The notes under the pieces were generated by a model. The model was not told where the DNA came from and searched no databases. It worked only from the letters and a program-made list of their open reading frames with translations. A DNA stretch of 64,000 nt, from positions 620,001 through 684,000 of the forward strand of contig NW_020846063.1 in the NCBI RefSeq assembly GCF_003704095.1, given 5' to 3'. The position numbers and the translations under genes are program-made. Each line of letters begins with the position of its first letter. Position 1 is the first letter of the stretch. This DNA comes from Pocillopora damicornis. Lineage: Eukaryota. Of the stretch, positions 11,236 through 24,900 are shown in pieces.

Positions 11236-14200
11236 ATGATTGAACTACGACAGGACTCTCTCCAACAAAGCAAATCTCTTCGATGGATCAGCATTTTGCT
11301 CGGTGCTATTCTTGTTGCTCTTGGTATACACTCGTACGTCTTGATCCGAAGAGATTTCAAAGAGCATTCGTTATCCTCAGAATTGAAGGAGCTGAGAAAA
11401 ATGGTGGAGGAATTGTCTTCCAAAGTAGCTAAAACAGAGGGAGAAAACGAGAATTTAAGAGAAGAGCTCTTTAACACAGAGGTAAAGTTAGAGAACTTGC
11501 AGTAGAAGTTTCCAGATTTTCTCTTTCCTTTCTTCAGGCAAACTAACAGAGTGACTGCCCAAACTTGAAGTATATCCTAAAAGTTATCATCAAGTCTCTT
11601 GACATCGATAAAATTCGAACTACGATTTATTCAACTCTTTTGTTTTGCATCTTGCAGATCTCCCGCCAGCGAAGGAATCCTAATCGTAAGTAATGATATA
11701 GTTAGTTTTGCATAATGGTAATTTCGAATGTCGGTGAGTGGTTGATTAGTGCACGGCGGCGAGTTCACGTTCGAGTCAACAAGTAGTTCTCTGTCCCCGA
11801 CCTTTGGTCAAAAATAAATCCGCGTTGTCATATTAAAAATCTTTTAGCTTTTTTCAGCTATTTACTTCTCACGCATGCTCCGTAAACGCGATCATTAACA
11901 GTGAATATCTTTTTATAACAGAATACGTGATTATGTAAAGTCTATTGCAGATGGCTGCATGTTTTGTCCTACTTCCGTGTTTTCAATGAAACAGAGTTTA
12001 CGAAAAAGTTATTCGGTTTCATGTGTTAGGTGAAAGGATAAGGTCACAATAAGATAAAAAAAAACCTTGCACAAACATTGTTAATGATTTTTTTGTAAAG
12101 ATCTTCAACACTGTGATATTTTCATGTACTTCCAGCGCATACTGAGTGGAACAAATTTAGTTAACCATTTTCTAATTCAGCTGAAAATTGGGTTTCTTTG
12201 ACTACCAGTGCCATTTGAAGATTCGTGTCCCGTGAGACAAAAAAAGATTAACACTGTGGTCGAGTCTAAGTACTTCTGTTAAAGCGCTCTACAAACCACT
12301 ATCAATGAAATACAACGCCAGTGTCATAGCTGAGCATGCTCAGAAGACCTCTTGAATACCATACTCACCGGGAATTACACCGGAAAGTCGGTTTATTTTT
12401 GGGCCTATAAACAGATTACTAAAGATCCGAAGGCCTAGTCGATGTTGAAATTTGATGTGAATCGGATCATATTAAATGTTGTTGGTTTGCAGCCAGCTTT
12501 GATTTTGCACGAGCTATTATCAACTTCCTGCCATTAGAATCCATACATGTTCCTTTTAGAAACGCGATTTCAGTTGGCGGTAACATTTGTTGAAAGATTT
12601 TGCTTTAGACGGAAGGAAACGACTGTTTTTCGCCGCGACCAGAACATTTGTTGAAAGCAATAAATGATAAATGAATTAAAAAAAAAATAAAAAAACATTC
12701 GAAAACATCCTGTGTTCCTAAGTAAACGCAAAGAAGATTCAAAGAAAGTCCCTCTCGTTCCATCCACTAAAACTACGAAAAACCATTTGCTAAGAGTTAG
12801 ATAGAGACAGTTTGGCGTATTTTCAGCTCGATCTTCGTGTTTAGAAAGATGTGAAAGAAAGGTATTTGTTTATCGTGTCACGAGCGTGAGTTAACCGAAA
12901 AAGTCTGAGTCCTCATGAGTAATCGAACCTCAGTCCGCTGTGCAATTTGCATTGTTTGGAAAAGCACATGTTGATCACACTAACGTATCTATCGATTGTA
13001 TCCAGTGTTATTCTTTGCCCAACCCAAATAAACATAGAAATATTAATCGTCAGTTAGAGTAAAAAAAAACCACATGAAAAATGTAGAAGGTTTAATACAT
13101 ATCTATTTCGTACCACAATAATTTCACGTTGCAATTCCCAGAATTCAAACGTTTGAATCCTACTGTAACGATGAAATTGTATCATTCTTGTCATACAGAT
13201 CACCCTTGCCATTTGTTGAAGCACTGCAAGAAAAAACACCATAAAACTGCTGAAGAAGGTATGCATTCCTTACCAATTTAATTGAATTTGTTTGCTCAAA
13301 TGGGGTTAAATCAGACAACTCTTAAAGCACAGAGCCGAATGATTCCCAGCTACTGTTTGATGTCACTCATGATCTCAGTGAAGCAACGTAAAATAAATAT
13401 ATAATGTGTTTAATAGATGTGTTTGGTCGGTCGTGTATTATTAGGATTTTTAGAGACGAAGCGAAGCATTATCACTAATGTGTGATGCACTCCACATGTA
13501 CTCAGTAATTATGAGGTGCTTATTTAAGATAATTAAAATGATTTAAAATCTAACTTGAACACACGCACCGCATGTTAATCATATAGAACAGATTCCTAAT
13601 ACATACTCATATTTTTTTTCAATTTAGGATTAAATTGCACTTTGGTTATGAAATGCCAACCAGAAGGTACATAGACAAGTTGTTATCTCTTTTTTTATAA
13701 GACGATGGAAGCTTTAATTTAACCATACATTTCAGCAAGCAATATGACAAAGAGGCACACCACTTCAGCTCATGACGATTTTGAGTTCAAACGCATCACT
13801 TAGCACAGAAAAGATATGATCTTTAGGCAGATTTCATCAACGTACGTAAGCGAACTTTCTTACTCAGCAGCTAGGAAAATAGTCCTTGATATCGGTTTGA
13901 CCGAAAAAACTAAATCTCGCTCTCTCTCTCTATAAAGTATTTAGTTAACAAAAATACCAGTATATGGAGGAAATGCACAGAACCCTTTGGTAGCCGATTC
14001 GAACACAGAATCTCTGTTTAGTTTTGGGACTCGCCTCCCGAAAGTTGCAGTAACTTTGCAGGCCTTAAGAAATACTTTAAAATCGCAATTGATAGTAGTA
14101 TGCATTAGCTGTGTTATCAGCCAATACGCACGACACTAACTTTTTCCAACGCTAATTTTTTTCAGCATTTATACATATGTCTACAGTCGGCTTAGACAAG

Positions 14201-15156
14201 GACCATATCCAAAAAGTGTTGAAACAAGGTACCGTTATCCAAGATGTGTAATATAGTTGATATTCAGGCCTTCATGTAAGAAAGATTGTATTGAGATTCG
14301 TATATTTCTTTTTTATTTCTTTTCTTTATCCTATTAATATAATGATGACTCGTTTTCCAAGACAGAGATATAATCGTGTTGCCTTGTCTGAATGCGTAAA
14401 TATGAGTTTTAATTTCTAGAGAGCATACGTTTTTGCTTGAACCGGAAGTTAAACATAAGAAATCATTTACATAAGAAATCCTTTACACGTCGCTAACAGA
14501 GTGAAAAGAGGGACTATAGAAAATATATAATTAAAAGAATGACTGCCAATTAACTACCAATCAGGAGAAAGGTCATACGAATATTACAGAGCCTTAAGGG
14601 GAATTAGGTAAATGTTATCATGACACAAATAAAATCCTCAGACTTCCCCTTGGGCGATAAATAACAGCCAGTCTCTTAGGAAAAGACACACAATTTTCTA
14701 TCAGGATTTTCCTGGTGTCGTTCAATTCGAAATGTCCTTTTTCTTTCAGGCAATCGAAAAACTCTATTGTTTTGGGGCAAGTACGATCCACTAATAGGCA
14801 ACAAAATCAAGTCACCTGACGGGGAACAACTCTTTTTTGAACTAGAGGGCTGGTACTCAGTTTATTTGAATCTCAGAGTAAGTGCGAACATAACCGAGGT
14901 TAAAGTTGTAAATGTCAATGGAACAGGAGAGATGTCTTTCACACCAATACCCTCAATTGACACCAGCGGTAAATATTTTGGGACTGTTCATATATCTCGA
15001 CTACTAAAGATATCCAGGAACACTAAATTGTCTGTTCAAGTGGTGTTCAAAGCTAAGGGAAAGGTCCAAGAAGACCCTAAAGAGTTATTTCCTAATTGTG
15101 GAGGATCAACTTTAACGAGGCAAGAAGACAACTTTGGAGCTTTTCTGGTGAGTTAA
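11236..15156 (+). CDS. Divergent TNF-superfamily ligand (type II TM, coiled coil, furin site, Cys/His-rich stalk), about 285 aa
   Basis: Exons 11236-11481, 11658-11685 (ISRQRRNPN), 13199-13258, 13628-13666, 13827-13841, 14166-14228, 14750-15156; total 858 nt in frame. TM WISILLGAILVALGIHSYVLI; strand A QPFIHM; EGWYSVYLNL; C-terminal DNFGAFLVS. The internal micro-exons are less certain than the first and last exons. Confidence 0.78.
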
Positions 15157-15599
15157 ACAAAAACCACACAACCACGAGATGAACGTGGCTTCCATTTTCT
15201 ACCGTCATTTTGAAGAGGGATGGATCACGGCGGTAAAATTCCTGATGGAATTAAATTTTAGTAAACACTCTCCTTTTGGACGAGGGATTATTTCCTCGTT
15301 AACATGAATGCTGTTAATGACGACATAAGCCAAAAGAGCAGGTCAAACTAAGTAATCGGTCTCAATATGAATATAATGTGAAGGGTATTATCTGTGAAAT
15401 CAGTCTGTAAGTTAATAACAAGAGAAAAGAAAAGTGGAATTAACAACTTTTACATCTTTGACTTTGCAAGCTCTTTGGATTTATTGAAATCAATGATTGT
15501 AGTTCTATAGTTCTGTCATTTGTGCTTAGTTATGTTAAAATGCTGGACTCGTAAATTGTGATTTTGTTGTAAGTTATGTAAATATGCAATCCTTTGAAA

Positions 15600-15872
15600 T
15601 CGAGCACGTTTTGATTGATTGTCGAAAAACCAAAACTGAAGTTATTGTGAGAGCCAGTCAGAACAAATAGAACATGAATCACGAGGGGCTGACTAAAACT
15701 CTAAGTCTCTCTGGAAGCGCGGTAAAACGAGAGTGATCGAGTCGCCATTCGGTTTTCGTCTAACATCTGATTGGTTAAGAGAATGGCGCAAGTTTTCCCG
15801 ACCAATCAGAGCAAAGTAATGCAGAAACAAAGCGATCCCGAATTACTTTCGACACTCGATTGAAATTGGTTA
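15600..15872. mobile_element. MITE, same family as 5047-5504
   Basis: Inverted ends ttgattgattgtcgaaaa ... tttcgacactcgattgaaa and an internal tctgattggt/accaatcaga inverted pair. Confidence 0.55.
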
Positions 15873-16639
15873 AAATAAAATGATTGTAAATACAGCACCA
15901 GGCAGACTCACCCAACGCGGTAACGAGGTGTTTATGTCGTTCCCACGGTATGCACTGCGTTGTCCTGAGGACAAGATAATTAGGATGGAAGTGAGAACAG
16001 GTAGCTTATCTGTAAATATAACTTGGGGTTGACGAGTCATCGAATCCAATCCATGACTGAATGAAAAATGATCTGTAAACATGACCAATAAACAGTTTAT
16101 TTTACATCAGAACTGTTCTCTAGTTCTTCTGAGGTTAAACTTAACCAATAAACAATCATTAAGAAAATTCACAAAAAAACAGCACCATACATGAACGGTT
16201 TAGTCTTTTATTTTCTCCTTGCCTCCCTTCCCTTCCTCCAGTCTTGGTTTGTCCCTCTTGCTGAATGCTGGATTCTTAAGCAATTTGAAACCTGTTATAT
16301 TTTATTTGACATAAGAAGCTTAGTCAAAGAAAAACTCATCTTTTCAATTGTCAATTCAAGTTGGTGTTTCATGTGCTATTGGCCGAATTACAAGTACACT
16401 GATCAATAGACTATGCTCTACGAAAATTGGACCAACCTCTAAAGTGAACCTTAATGAAATTCCTTAGTGAAATAATAAAGGGATTTTTTTCACGTACAAA
16501 TTTTATGCAAATTTACTTTTATCAAATGATTGTTTGTAAATCAAGCCTCGCTTCTGCTTCGAGCACTGAAAATTATTGTGTTCAGAGTAAGGATCGTGTA
16601 CATAATTATTAGTGCTTGTCGTTCCATTTGCTTGACTTT

Positions 16640-19600
16640 TCACATCCATGGAGTCCAAGCCCCATTCTCCCTCGCTACTCTCCTTGCCTTTGGGTCACTT
16701 GGCTTGTTAGCAGGCGGCACTAAACCCTTCATGTAATACTCCAATCGATCTTGAAGTTCCTTCAGCTTATCTGGGCATTTTTTGCTGAGGTCATTCTTCT
16801 CATACGGGTCAGCGGTGATGTTGTACAGCGCAACATTGATGGTTGGAACCGGGGGCTAAGATAAGGTAGGAAATCAGTCATTCAGTTCAACAAATCATTC
16901 AGACTCAAAAAATACAGTCACATTAAGAGGCACTGGAAGATAAGTTTTACATATGAAATACAGAGGTTTATGACTCAGCTCAAGGAAACCTTAAAAAAAT
17001 GCTGATAAAGTTACACTGGCTGTTCAACTGTACGATTTGAACTGTTAGATAATTACATGTATTTTTGACCAAAAATGGACCTGTAGCAGGCTCAGTTTGT
17101 TAAATGCTCAATATCTCACACTCACATCATTCAAATCCTGTAGCAAGTCGGTCCACGAGTCTACTTCAGAAAAATTCTTCTCTTCCGGAGGGATGAAGTA
17201 CGAGATATTGGGAACTCCCATCAGAAGTTTCATGTCTCCTACACGAAGACCAATGCCTTGATACGCAAAACCGAGTTTACTGTCGGGGAAAGAGGGACTG
17301 TCTATATTGTGAAGGATCTCTGTACGTGGAGAGGCCTCGCCATTTGAAATGGTTTTCCAAACGTCATAACCGTCGAGGGGCTGATCTTCGTGATTAAGAT
17401 GACCACCTAAATAAGGAAAAGTCACTTCACATACTTCACGTTGAGTAATTCACGTTAGGCAATTCACATACAATACTTCGCGTACTTAAATAAAACGCAC
17501 ACTGTCAGTTACTCTCTTTTCAGCGGTTCTTTTCGATGTCACACAAAGTTCCCTCAAGTTCCCCTACGTGACATCCTAAAGAACGGCTGTGAATCAGACT
17601 GGCTTGTAGTTCAAAGAAAAACTACCATTTAAAAGCACAACGCGCGAAATATTTCGTTCAAGGGGCAGATAAAACTTCTACAGTTGTATTGCACAGAGTA
17701 AGCTGTTCCAATAAGCACACCCACGCACGCTCTGCACTTGTCCTTACCAGCAAGATTAACCAATGTGGGGTACCAGTCGGTCACATGAATAAGCCCAGTA
17801 GATTTCACCCCAGTCCTAGACAGCATTTTTCCGTAAACGAACCCCACCCCTCTGATTCCTCCTTCCCATAGAGTGTCCTTACGTCCTCTCAGGGGGTAGT
17901 CATATCCACCATTTTTTGGCACCCCTCCATTGTCAGTACTGAAGATCATTAAGGTGTTATCCCATAACCTTCAAAGAGCAGGAAATTAAGTAAATTCAAA
18001 ACCTTGTATACCAACAAAATGTGAATTAACTTTATAATTATCATTTGTCATTCTTCATTCTTCTTTCATCATTCCGTGACATCTGCTTCATTAGCTTTTT
18101 TATTAACAAGAAACCCATAATTTATCATTTATCCCCCCAAAAATAATACTTGAGTGAATGAAGATGTAAATAAATATTCATCTTCTTGTCACCTGAGGTA
18201 GGTTCCAGTACTAAAATCATATTTATTTAACTTCCCTCCAATATAAGGTGGATAGTCTGCCTGTCTGCCATTTGTATACTCCTAAAGGTATCCCCTGTAG
18301 TTACCACATCCCTAAAACATCTTGTAACATCAAGCAAAGACAAATCAAAGGTTTGCCTTGAAAATTTTAAGCAAGTTTTGCTTGTTTTTCTTTCAAGAAC
18401 AAGTTTAACCTATCCCTGAACCATTGTAAACACATCCACTACAACTTACCTCACCCTTTCCAGTACCTTAACATGTAACATCCCATAAACTCTGGGCTTG
18501 AAAGTGATACCCCTCTGGAAGATACTTGCCATCATTCAAATGTTCCCTCCTTTGAGGGCCTTGCTTGTCAAGGGAATTATGGCTGGAAATGCTTTCTATT
18601 TACAGAACAAGGAAATATACACATACCCTGCCTCTTTAAAAGCACCTGTTATATTACCAACTGCTTCATCCATGATATCCACCATCCCAGCATAAGTCCG
18701 TCTTGTTGTGTCGTTTATAAAGGAGTACTTATCTACATATTGTTTAGGTGCTTGGACTGGAGAGTGGACATTTTGGAATGCCATGTAAAGGAAAAGGGGA
18801 CCATTTGATGCATCATGTGATTTGACAATATGCTCAGCTCGCTGAAAAAGTGTCGATCAATAACAAAGGCAATTAATAATGATGAAGATAAAAAGAATGC
18901 TGATCTTTCTTTCTCGAGTGTAGCACTTATCTTAAATCGATCAACTCATGGTGTGAAGAGAAAATCAGAAATTACACATGAATAAACAATCAAACCAAAC
19001 ATTTCAAAAATAAATAGAAATGCAGTGATTACTGCAAGTTTACTGATGCAACATAACAAACACATACCCATCCAAATTTGACAAAATAATTGCATGGATT
19101 TTGTTGAGCAGACTTGAAAATTTTTCATCTAACTTATGAATGTTTAGGCATCTTTGACTGCAAACATTTTGGCATTCTTTTTAAACACACATGATTCACC
19201 TTTGTAAAAGCATTAATAGAGTATGTCTCATTCATATCCCTAACAATTTCTTTGTTGTCTCTGAAATCAAGAAAATGACTAAGGACATGCGTGTAATGAT
19301 CCTCTGCACCATTGTAAAAGCCATAAAAGGTATCAAAGCCTCTGTAGGTAGGAGTACTGTCCCAGTTGTAGAAACCAAGATGCCACTTGCCTATCATGTG
19401 GGTGCTATATCCTAAAAATAAAACAAGAACAACAAGAAGAGCAACCCTTTAGTGTTTAATGGGAAATTTGCTTAACAAAATATGCCAACAGGTAGAAGAG
19501 CAGGGAGACAGGGAGGGAGGGAGGGAAGGGCTTTAAACATCATCAATTTAAATTTTGGAGGCAGAGCACTTCTATGTTCTGGGACATAAATTTTCTCTGT

Positions 19601-20895
19601 TGAGGTAAAAAATTGGTTAACCTTTCTACAAATTATTTCAAAGGGATGATGCTAAGCAAAATGATGTGGTTTAGAAGTTTTTTTCTTCAACAAGTGCCTT
19701 GATTAGCTTGGCTAGTGTGTCATACACCCCCCTCACCTTCCAAACAACTCTACAACCTATTAAATATGTTGACAAAGTCATCAATAAGCTGGATAAAATG
19801 AATTATTGACCACTTAACAATTATATATATCAAACACAACCCAGTTTTGAATTTGAAATTGATTAGGTCACTTATAGTTAAATTTGAACAGAATTGTTAA
19901 CATAACACTCTCAAGAGAAGGTTGGATTCATAAATACAGAACAAATTCTTACCAACTTCCTTTAGCTTTTGTGGCAGTGTAGTGATATTTAACGGCAGAC
20001 CAAATGGACACCCAGTATGAACAATTCCATGCTGCATTCCTGAAAAGAAATAAATTGTTCTACCTCTACATTGCAATATTAATTCTCTTAACTACATCTG
20101 CACTGATTCTATGAATCATAGTAAGGAGAAATTACATGACGACATATCAACTCTCAATTTTACATACTTCCCTGTGCAAGAAAGAATATCTAGAGTTTCT
20201 AATATACATTTCCATCTAAATCTTCATTTATAAACTGCAAAGGACTTAACTAATCTATGTAAATACCAAAAGAAAATTTAATATTTATGATAGCGCATGA
20301 TTATTGTCACATTTCAATGGAAAGACCCTTTTTTAACTTTCGGTTTGTCTATCACATCATTCACTTTATGCAAGGATTTCTATACATGTACTTATGTTTG
20401 TTTCAAGTTGGAAAGCTGAAATCAGCATTTGTTGAGCAGAAACAAAGTTAAGCAGGTGGTGAATTTATTGCAGACCAGCCCTTGGGTGCAAGTGGCGTGG
20501 TGGTCGTCACATGATGTTTTCGAAAAATAGTAATGGGAAATTGAAGGAAATATCGCCCTCCCAGCTTTAGATTAGGAACAATAGTGTTAAAACTAGCCAA
20601 AAATCCACAGCAAACTGAAATCACACCAACCAAGGTGAATCGGGTATCTTCCAGACATCAATGCTCCTCTGGTTGGAGAGCAAATTGGTTGGACGTAGTA
20701 ACTATCCAGAATTACTCCTTCTTTAGCTAACTTGTCAACATTTGGGGTTTGAATTTTCGAACCATGGAAGCCTACATCACTCCATCCAAGATCATCCACC
20801 AAAACAAATAAAATGTTAGGTCTAGATGCAGCGGAGGTGACGAATATGTGGAGAATCGTCGAAGCAAGGAAAATAAAAAAGCTCACGGCAGACAT
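16640..20895 (-). CDS. ARSB: Arylsulfatase B-like sulfatase, copy A, complete, about 498 aa
   Basis: Exons 20895-20631, 20039-19953, 19411-19200, 18841-18627, 17968-17748, 17406-17126, 16855-16640; total 1497 nt. Signal peptide, [13 protein letters not shown], formylglycine motif CSPTR, GKWHLG, STDNGG, WEGG, C-terminal GAWTPWM. Belongs to the ARSB/I/J group. Confidence 0.92.
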
Positions 20896-20999
20896 TATTG
20901 TCGCTGAAGAATACCAAAATTGGTTGAGTTGTCACGCTATGTCACGCTATCTCCTTTTAGTCTTCAAATGACATTATTTAATCTAAGCTTCGCAGATAG

Positions 21000-21799
21000 C
21001 TGTGTTACAACTGTCTTTGTCTCTCCTACAGCATCATGGCTCACAAAAGTTCTAATTATTATGGATCAAAGTCTCTTAATACCCAATGGAAGGATCTGAG
21101 TCGCTCGGTAAGTTATCTTTTGAACGAGCACGAGGAACCAACGCCGAGGGCGGAAAGTCTTGGGCACATTTGGTGAACAGTTTAGAACGTATTCACTGTG
21201 CTGATGGAAGCTGTCGGGAGAAATTTAAGTTAACGGAAAGAAAGTATCACTGTAGAAGGTATGTAAAAAGCTGGCTAACACTTCTAGCGGACTTATGTTC
21301 CAACGCGTCGTTATCCTAATATCAGTAATATGGAGTCCAATTCAATAGATTTATCTTGCTTTCTTTATCATCTGAGGAAGAGATTGGAAGGAAAATAGTT
21401 GAAAGAGGTAAAATTAATCCCAATTATCAATTCTTCATCGAGTTGTTGCAGTAATCTCTCCTTGTAAACGTTCAGCCATATAATAGTAAGTAATTAACCA
21501 AATATCATTATCAGCCCTCTACTGTGGGTCCACACTTTTCAGATTCTTGTAGGGGAGTGATAGTAATAGCAGTGGCAATAGTAATTTTTTTCCTCCGGGA
21601 GGGGGAGGGGGCACTCAAGTCACTTAGGCTGGGTGACAGATGTAAAAACATATTAATGTGTAAGGAATGTCACATTTCCATTTCCATAACATCAAACTGG
21701 ATTATCCATAAAATGTTGCAACCATTTGAAACTCTGTTGGTAACAGGAAGTATCTCTGAATTTAAGATTTGTTCCAAGACTTGTTTTTGGTTGAATTCA
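21000..21799 (+). pseudogene. Duplicated, frameshifted copy of FYVE gene exon 1 (21036-21258) plus part of intron 1
   Basis: Highly similar to the reverse complement of about 30990-31770. A 13-bp deletion (gattaagacaggg) shifts the frame before the FYVE motif; RKHHCR has become RKYHCR. Confidence 0.85.
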
Positions 21800-21942
21800 N
21801 NNNNNNNNNNNNNNNNNNNNNNNNNNNNNNNNNNNNNNNNNNNNNNNNNNNNNNNNNNNNNNNNNNNNNNNNNNNNNNNNNNNNNNNNNNNNNNNNNNNG
21901 CAGTAGGCTCAGTTTGTTAAATGCTCAATATCTCACACTCAC

Positions 21943-24900
21943 ATCTTTCGCATCCTGTAGCAAGTCGGTCAGCGAGTCCACTTTAGAAGAATTCTTCTCT
22001 TCCGGAGGGATGAAGTACGAGATATTGGGAACTCCCATCAAAAGTTTCATGTCTCCTACACGAAGACCAATGCCTTGATACGCAAAACCGAGTTCATTGG
22101 GGAAAATGGGAATGTCTATATTGTGAAGGATCTCTGTACGTGGAGAGGCCTCGCCATTTGAAATGGTTTTCCAAACATCATAACCGTCGAGGGGCTGATC
22201 TTCGTGATTAAGATGACCACCTAAATATAGCAAAAGTAACTTCACGTACTTCACGTTGAGTAATTCACGTTAGGTAATTCACTTTAAATACTTCACGTTC
22301 CTTACTAAAACACATATTGATAGTTACTCTCCTTTGCAGCGGTTCTTTGGAATGTCGCACAACTCTCCCTCAAGTTCCCCTGCGTGACATCCCAAAGAAC
22401 AGCTGTGAATGAGGCTTGCTTGTAGCTCAAAGAAAACAATAATATTAGCAACAATAAAAGTATTAATAAAATTCCCCCCTTGATTGTCTGGACTGACAGA
22501 GGTTCTATCAACATGAAGACGTAACAGGCTTTGTCCTCATTTGACTTTCTATCTTGAAAGCAGACATGCAAGGATGAATTCAAAAGATTCAAATAGGCTT
22601 TAGGTGGAAATGTATTTTCCTTAAAATGCGAACCTGGGTGGAGGCTCCCAATCTTCATGAAATTCAAGTCAGCCAACAAATGAACCCATGAGAGGTCTAA
22701 GTAGTGTCCATTTTTCATATACTCTTTAAAAGCACATCACCCAAAATATTTCATTCAAGGGGCAGTGAAAACTTTTACAGTTGTATTGCACAGAGTAAGT
22801 TGTTCCATTAAGCACACCCATGCACTTGTCCTTACCAGCAAGATTAACCAATGTTGGGTACCAGTCAGTCACGTGAATCAGCCCAGTAGATTTCACCCCA
22901 CTTCTAGACAGCATTTTTCCATGTACGAACCCCACCCCTCTGATTCCTCCTTCCCACAGAGTGCCCTTACGTCCTCTCAGGGGGTAGTCATATCCACCAT
23001 GTTTTGGGACCCCTCCATTGTCAGTACTGAAGATCATCAAGGTGTTGTCCCATAACCTTCAAAGAGCAAGAAATTGTTAAGTAAATTCTAAACCTAGTTT
23101 GCCAAGAATTATCATTTGTCATTCTTCTGTGATATCTGCTTTTAATTAATAGCTTTTCTATCAACATGAAACCCATAATGCTCCTCACATGAATTTTTAT
23201 TTATCCCTCAAAAATAACACTAAAGTGAACAAAGACATAAATAAATATTCATCTTCTCAGTGCCTGAGGTAGGTTTCCAGTACTAAAATCATATTTATTT
23301 AGCTTCCCTCCAATATGATGTGGATACTCTTCCTGTTTGCCAATTGTTTACTCTTATATTTATCCCCTGTGGTTAGCACATCCATAAAACATCTTGTAAT
23401 GTCAAGTGAAGACAAATCGAAGGTTTACCTCTAAACTTTAAGCAAATTTTGCTTGTTTTTCTTTCAAGAACAAGTTTAACCTATCCTTGGACCATTGTAA
23501 ACACATCCACTACACCTATCCTTACCCTTTCCATTACCTTAACCCTTAACTCCCATGAGTGACCAGGACAGAATTTCTCCTTACAACATCAATACAATAT
23601 CAAGCAAACAAGTGATGAGAATAAAGAAAAATATTAATTAGGGGATTATAAGTTGATCCAATTTTTCAAGTTCTCCAAACCAACATCTCAAGAACTGTTT
23701 AGCTGACTGTAAGGAGAATTACCAATTAGATCTTTGGACTCAAAGTGTTAACATGTTACATTCCATAAACCCTGGAGCTGAAAGTGACACCCCTCTGGCA
23801 GATACTTGCCATTATTTAAATTTTCCCTCCCTTGTGGACCTTCCTTGTCAAGGGAATTATGACTGGAAATGCTCTCTATTTAGGGTAAAAAGGATATACA
23901 CACATACCCTGCTTCTTTAAAAGCGCCTGTTATATTACCAACTGCTTCATCCATGATATCCACCATCCCAGCATAAGTCTGTCTTATTGTGTCATCTATA
24001 AAGGAGTACTTATCTACATATTGTTTAGGTGCTTGGACTGGAGAGTGGACATTTTGGAATGCCATGTAAAGGAAAAGAGGACCATCTGATGCATCATGTG
24101 ATTTGACGACATGCTCAGCTCGCTGAAAAAGTATTGATCAATAACAAAGGTAATTGATAATGATAAAGATAAAAATAATGCTTATCTTTCTTTCTTGACT
24201 GTAGCTCATATCTAAAATCAATCAACTTGTAGTGCGTGAAGAAAAAAACAGAGATTACACCTGAATAAACTATAAAAACCAAACATTTCAAAAATAGATA
24301 GAAATGCAGTGATTACTGCAGGTGCACTTGCAACACAACATACACATACTTATCAAATTTGAAAAAATTGTTGCATGGATTTTGTTGGGCAGACTCAGAA
24401 ATTCTTTTATCTAACTTATTTATGATTAACCCTTTTACTCACAAGATCTGATTAGTAAGTCTCCCCTCCAGCTGCTAGACAAATCCTTGTTAATTAGTAA
24501 TGAGAACTTGGTGTTAGATCGAGACAACTTTTACATGATAAGTTTGAATATTCTCATTAGCTGTTTGCTGACTAATGTAAGGATATTATAGGGAGAAGCT
24601 GCATGTTGATCACTTCTGGGAGTTAAAGGGTTAAGTGCCTTTGAATGCAAACATTTTGCCATTCTTTTTAAACACAAATGGTTTACCTCTGTAAAAGCAT
24701 TAACAGAGTATGTCCCATTCATATCCCTGACAATTTCTTCATTGTCTCTGAAATCAAGAAAATCATCAACAACATGTGTGTAATGATCCTCATCGCCATT
24801 GTAAAATCCATAAAAGGTATCAAAACCTCGGTAGGTAGGAGTACTGTCCCAGTTGTAGAAACCAAGATGCCACTTGCCTACCATATGGGTGCTGTATCCT

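Noticed and set aside
12870-12940. tRNA-like B-box (atcgaacc)
   Set aside because: No cloverleaf; at most a truncated SINE fragment.
13736-13803. Extra exon of the second TNF gene
   Set aside because: Has an acceptor but runs into an in-frame TAG with no suitable donor.
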